Of a DNA stretch of 64,000 nt, positions 61,614 to 64,000 are shown one piece after another; within the stretch, counting starts at the first letter, position 1; every line of letters begins with the position of its first letter. The stretch lies in contig OZ024742.1 in assembly GCA_964016885.1 (NCBI GenBank), forward strand, positions 308,760,001 to 308,824,000. Reading direction: 5' to 3'. The translations under genes and the position numbers were made by a program. The DNA comes from Eledone cirrhosa (lineage: Eukaryota). The notes under the pieces are model-generated. The model saw nothing but the letters and a program-made list of their open reading frames with translations, was not told the DNA's origin and did not search any database.

Positions 61614-61935
61614 CATGATGGCTGCCCCCTCGTTATCGAGTATCGCCATTGCACGATATACCATTATTAATAATTATTAATTAATTCTATCGTGCAATGC
61701 CTGTGCGTGAAGATATTTATAAAAAGTGAGGAAAGACTATGCACTGAGCCAATCCCACTCTCTGGGCGACAGTAGCTATAACCCGAAAAGAAGAAAAGAT
61801 CAACATCATCGGTAACTACTGAGCCGCAGGTTTTATATCGGAGTTATCCCAGTTTCCTGAGTTGCCTTCTCCTAGAAGAATGCCCTGACAAAGGCTAGGG
61901 ATCCTTCACTCTCAGTGGTTTAACCACGCGGTACA
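61614..61935 (-). mobile_element. Family C (RTE-related non-autonomous) element in (CATA)n
   Basis: Near-identical to 24797-25010; the minus strand has an RTE 5'-UTR-like ctaggagaaggcaactc...aaacc. Confidence 0.65.
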
Positions 61936-62215
61936 TGTGTATATACATATTTACACATTTTTGGATACATACATACATACATATATACATGCGTGCACAC
62001 ATACATACATATATACATACATACATGCGTGCACACATACATACATATATACATACATACATGCGTGCACACATACATACATATATACATACATACATGC
62101 GTGCACACATACATACATATATACATACATACAATCAACTATATTATAGATCTTTGGCAAACTGGAACTCCGACTTTTGCCTGCTTGTAGCTAATTATCC
62201 AATCTATATTATATA

Positions 62216-62311
<96 letters not shown>

Positions 62312-62314
62312 TGC

Positions 62315-62402
<88 letters not shown>

Positions 62403-62621
62403 CTATAATTGTTTATGTATAGGTATATATTCTTATACATGTGTCTGCGTGTGAGTGTGTATGCACGAGTGTTTTTGTGTATGTATATATCTATGTGTAT
62501 GCAAATATGTTTCTACGTGTGTGACATGAACTGAAAACTGAAGTAGAGCGAGAAACCAGGCTGATAAGCGAATATTTCATAATGAAATAGGTGCTACCAT
62601 CATCATCATCATCATCATCAT

Positions 62622-62659
<38 letters not shown>

Positions 62660-62789
62660 AATTATAATCACCATCATAATCCTCATCATCGTCATCATCG
62701 TTACCATAACCATCATAATCATCATTAGCATCATCATCATCACCATCATCATCGTCATCATGATCAACAACATTATCATTAGTTTAGGA

Positions 62790-63186
62790 AAATCGTGAGA
62801 GCGTCGGGCAACATGCTTTGCGAAATTTAGTTACGGCCCTTTACGTTCTGAGTTCAAATCCCGCTGAGTCCAGCTTTGCCTTTCATCCTTACAGGGTCGA
62901 TAAAAAAAAGTTCCAGTAATGTACTGGGGTCGATTTAATCGACTTCCCCTCTTCCAAAATGGTTAACCTTATTGGCAGAATTGGTAGAGTGTCGAACACA
63001 TGTTTAGCGGCATAGAGTTACGGCTCTTTACCATCTGAGTTAAAAACCCGCCGCGGTTAACTTTGCCTTTCATCCTTACAGGGGTCGATAAAATAAAGTA
63101 CCAGTAATGCAATGGTGTCGATTTAATCAACTTTCTCCTCCTCCAAAATGTTTGGCCTTGTGCCTAAATCAGAAACCATTATTATT
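62790..63186 (+). mobile_element. Two tandem Meta-like SINEs
   Basis: Matches the family consensus. Confidence 0.8.
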
Positions 63187-63559
63187 GAAATCTAATATTT
63201 TGCAATTGGAATAAAGCCAGCAAATGTTGGGTCGGGGGGAAATCACTTGTTTTAGTATCGGATATCGCGTCTTGCTCGTTTGATCGAATCCTATCCTATC
63301 CTCCCATCCCATTCCCATTCCACTCCCACCCTCAAGCTTCACATTTCCGCTGATGCCACTGCTAACTCACTCATACTACCCGCTACTGATCAACAACACT
63401 GAATGAAACCGAAGCTACTCACCACCTCCACCACTACCACACAGAAATCAAGTCTCCAGCCCAACCCACACACCAGAAATCTGAGATATTTATACAAAGA
63501 CATTACATACACACATATACATGCACATACACACACACACACTACACACATATATATAC

Positions 63560-63600
<41 letters not shown>

Positions 63601-63649
63601 TATACATATATATATATATACATATATATATATACATATATATATATAC

Positions 63650-63709
<60 letters not shown>

Positions 63710-64000
63710 GTATTGACACGTATATATATATATATATTTATTATGTAGTATGATTTCTATTTGATGCTGCCAATTGTAATAATCAATATTGACAGAAGAT
63801 CAATAAATACGAAGCTTAAGCTTTAAGTTCATTGCTTTCGTGTTTGTTTGTTTTTTTGTTTTTTATTTTTCGTATTAGTTATAGTCAGTTGAAGATAATA
63901 TATGTATGTCTTCTCTCTTTCTCTCTATCTCTTTTCCTCTCTTCCTCTCGATTTCTCTCTCTCTTTCACTCCCTTTCTCCCTCTCTCTCTCCCTCTCTCT

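Noticed and set aside
11977-63753. Many YI/HT/CV/LS-repeat ORFs in the ORF track
   Set aside because: Translations of (TA)n, (CA)n and (TC)n microsatellites

Overview
Eukaryotic, AT-rich, repeat-dominated DNA. It is most likely from a cephalopod such as Octopus; this is an inference from the SINE types and the extreme (TA)n/(CA)n density. I found no convincing host gene. Conventional content: two near full-length Tx1/L1-clade LINEs, each bracketed by a different microsatellite; fragments of Helitron, RTE, CRE-type, Tc1/mariner and hAT elements; many tRNA-derived SINEs; and a 29/58-bp minisatellite. The striking unexplained signal is more than 20 short (0.1-0.6 kb), mostly non-coding cassettes from at least 10 sequence-unrelated families, inserted in and stacked within (TA)n tracts. 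Many are fold-back palindromes with a single unpaired 3' tail. About 20 type I hammerhead ribozyme motifs, intact or degenerate, can be folded by eye within them, with covarying stems and recurrent core variants. The tails of most families share an ACTC...GAGTRCT motif. One copy retains the C-terminal part of a Penelope-type GIY-YIG endonuclease ORF. Together this points to a microsatellite-targeting Penelope-like/retrozyme system. All RNA folds were done by eye and coordinates may be off by a few bases.
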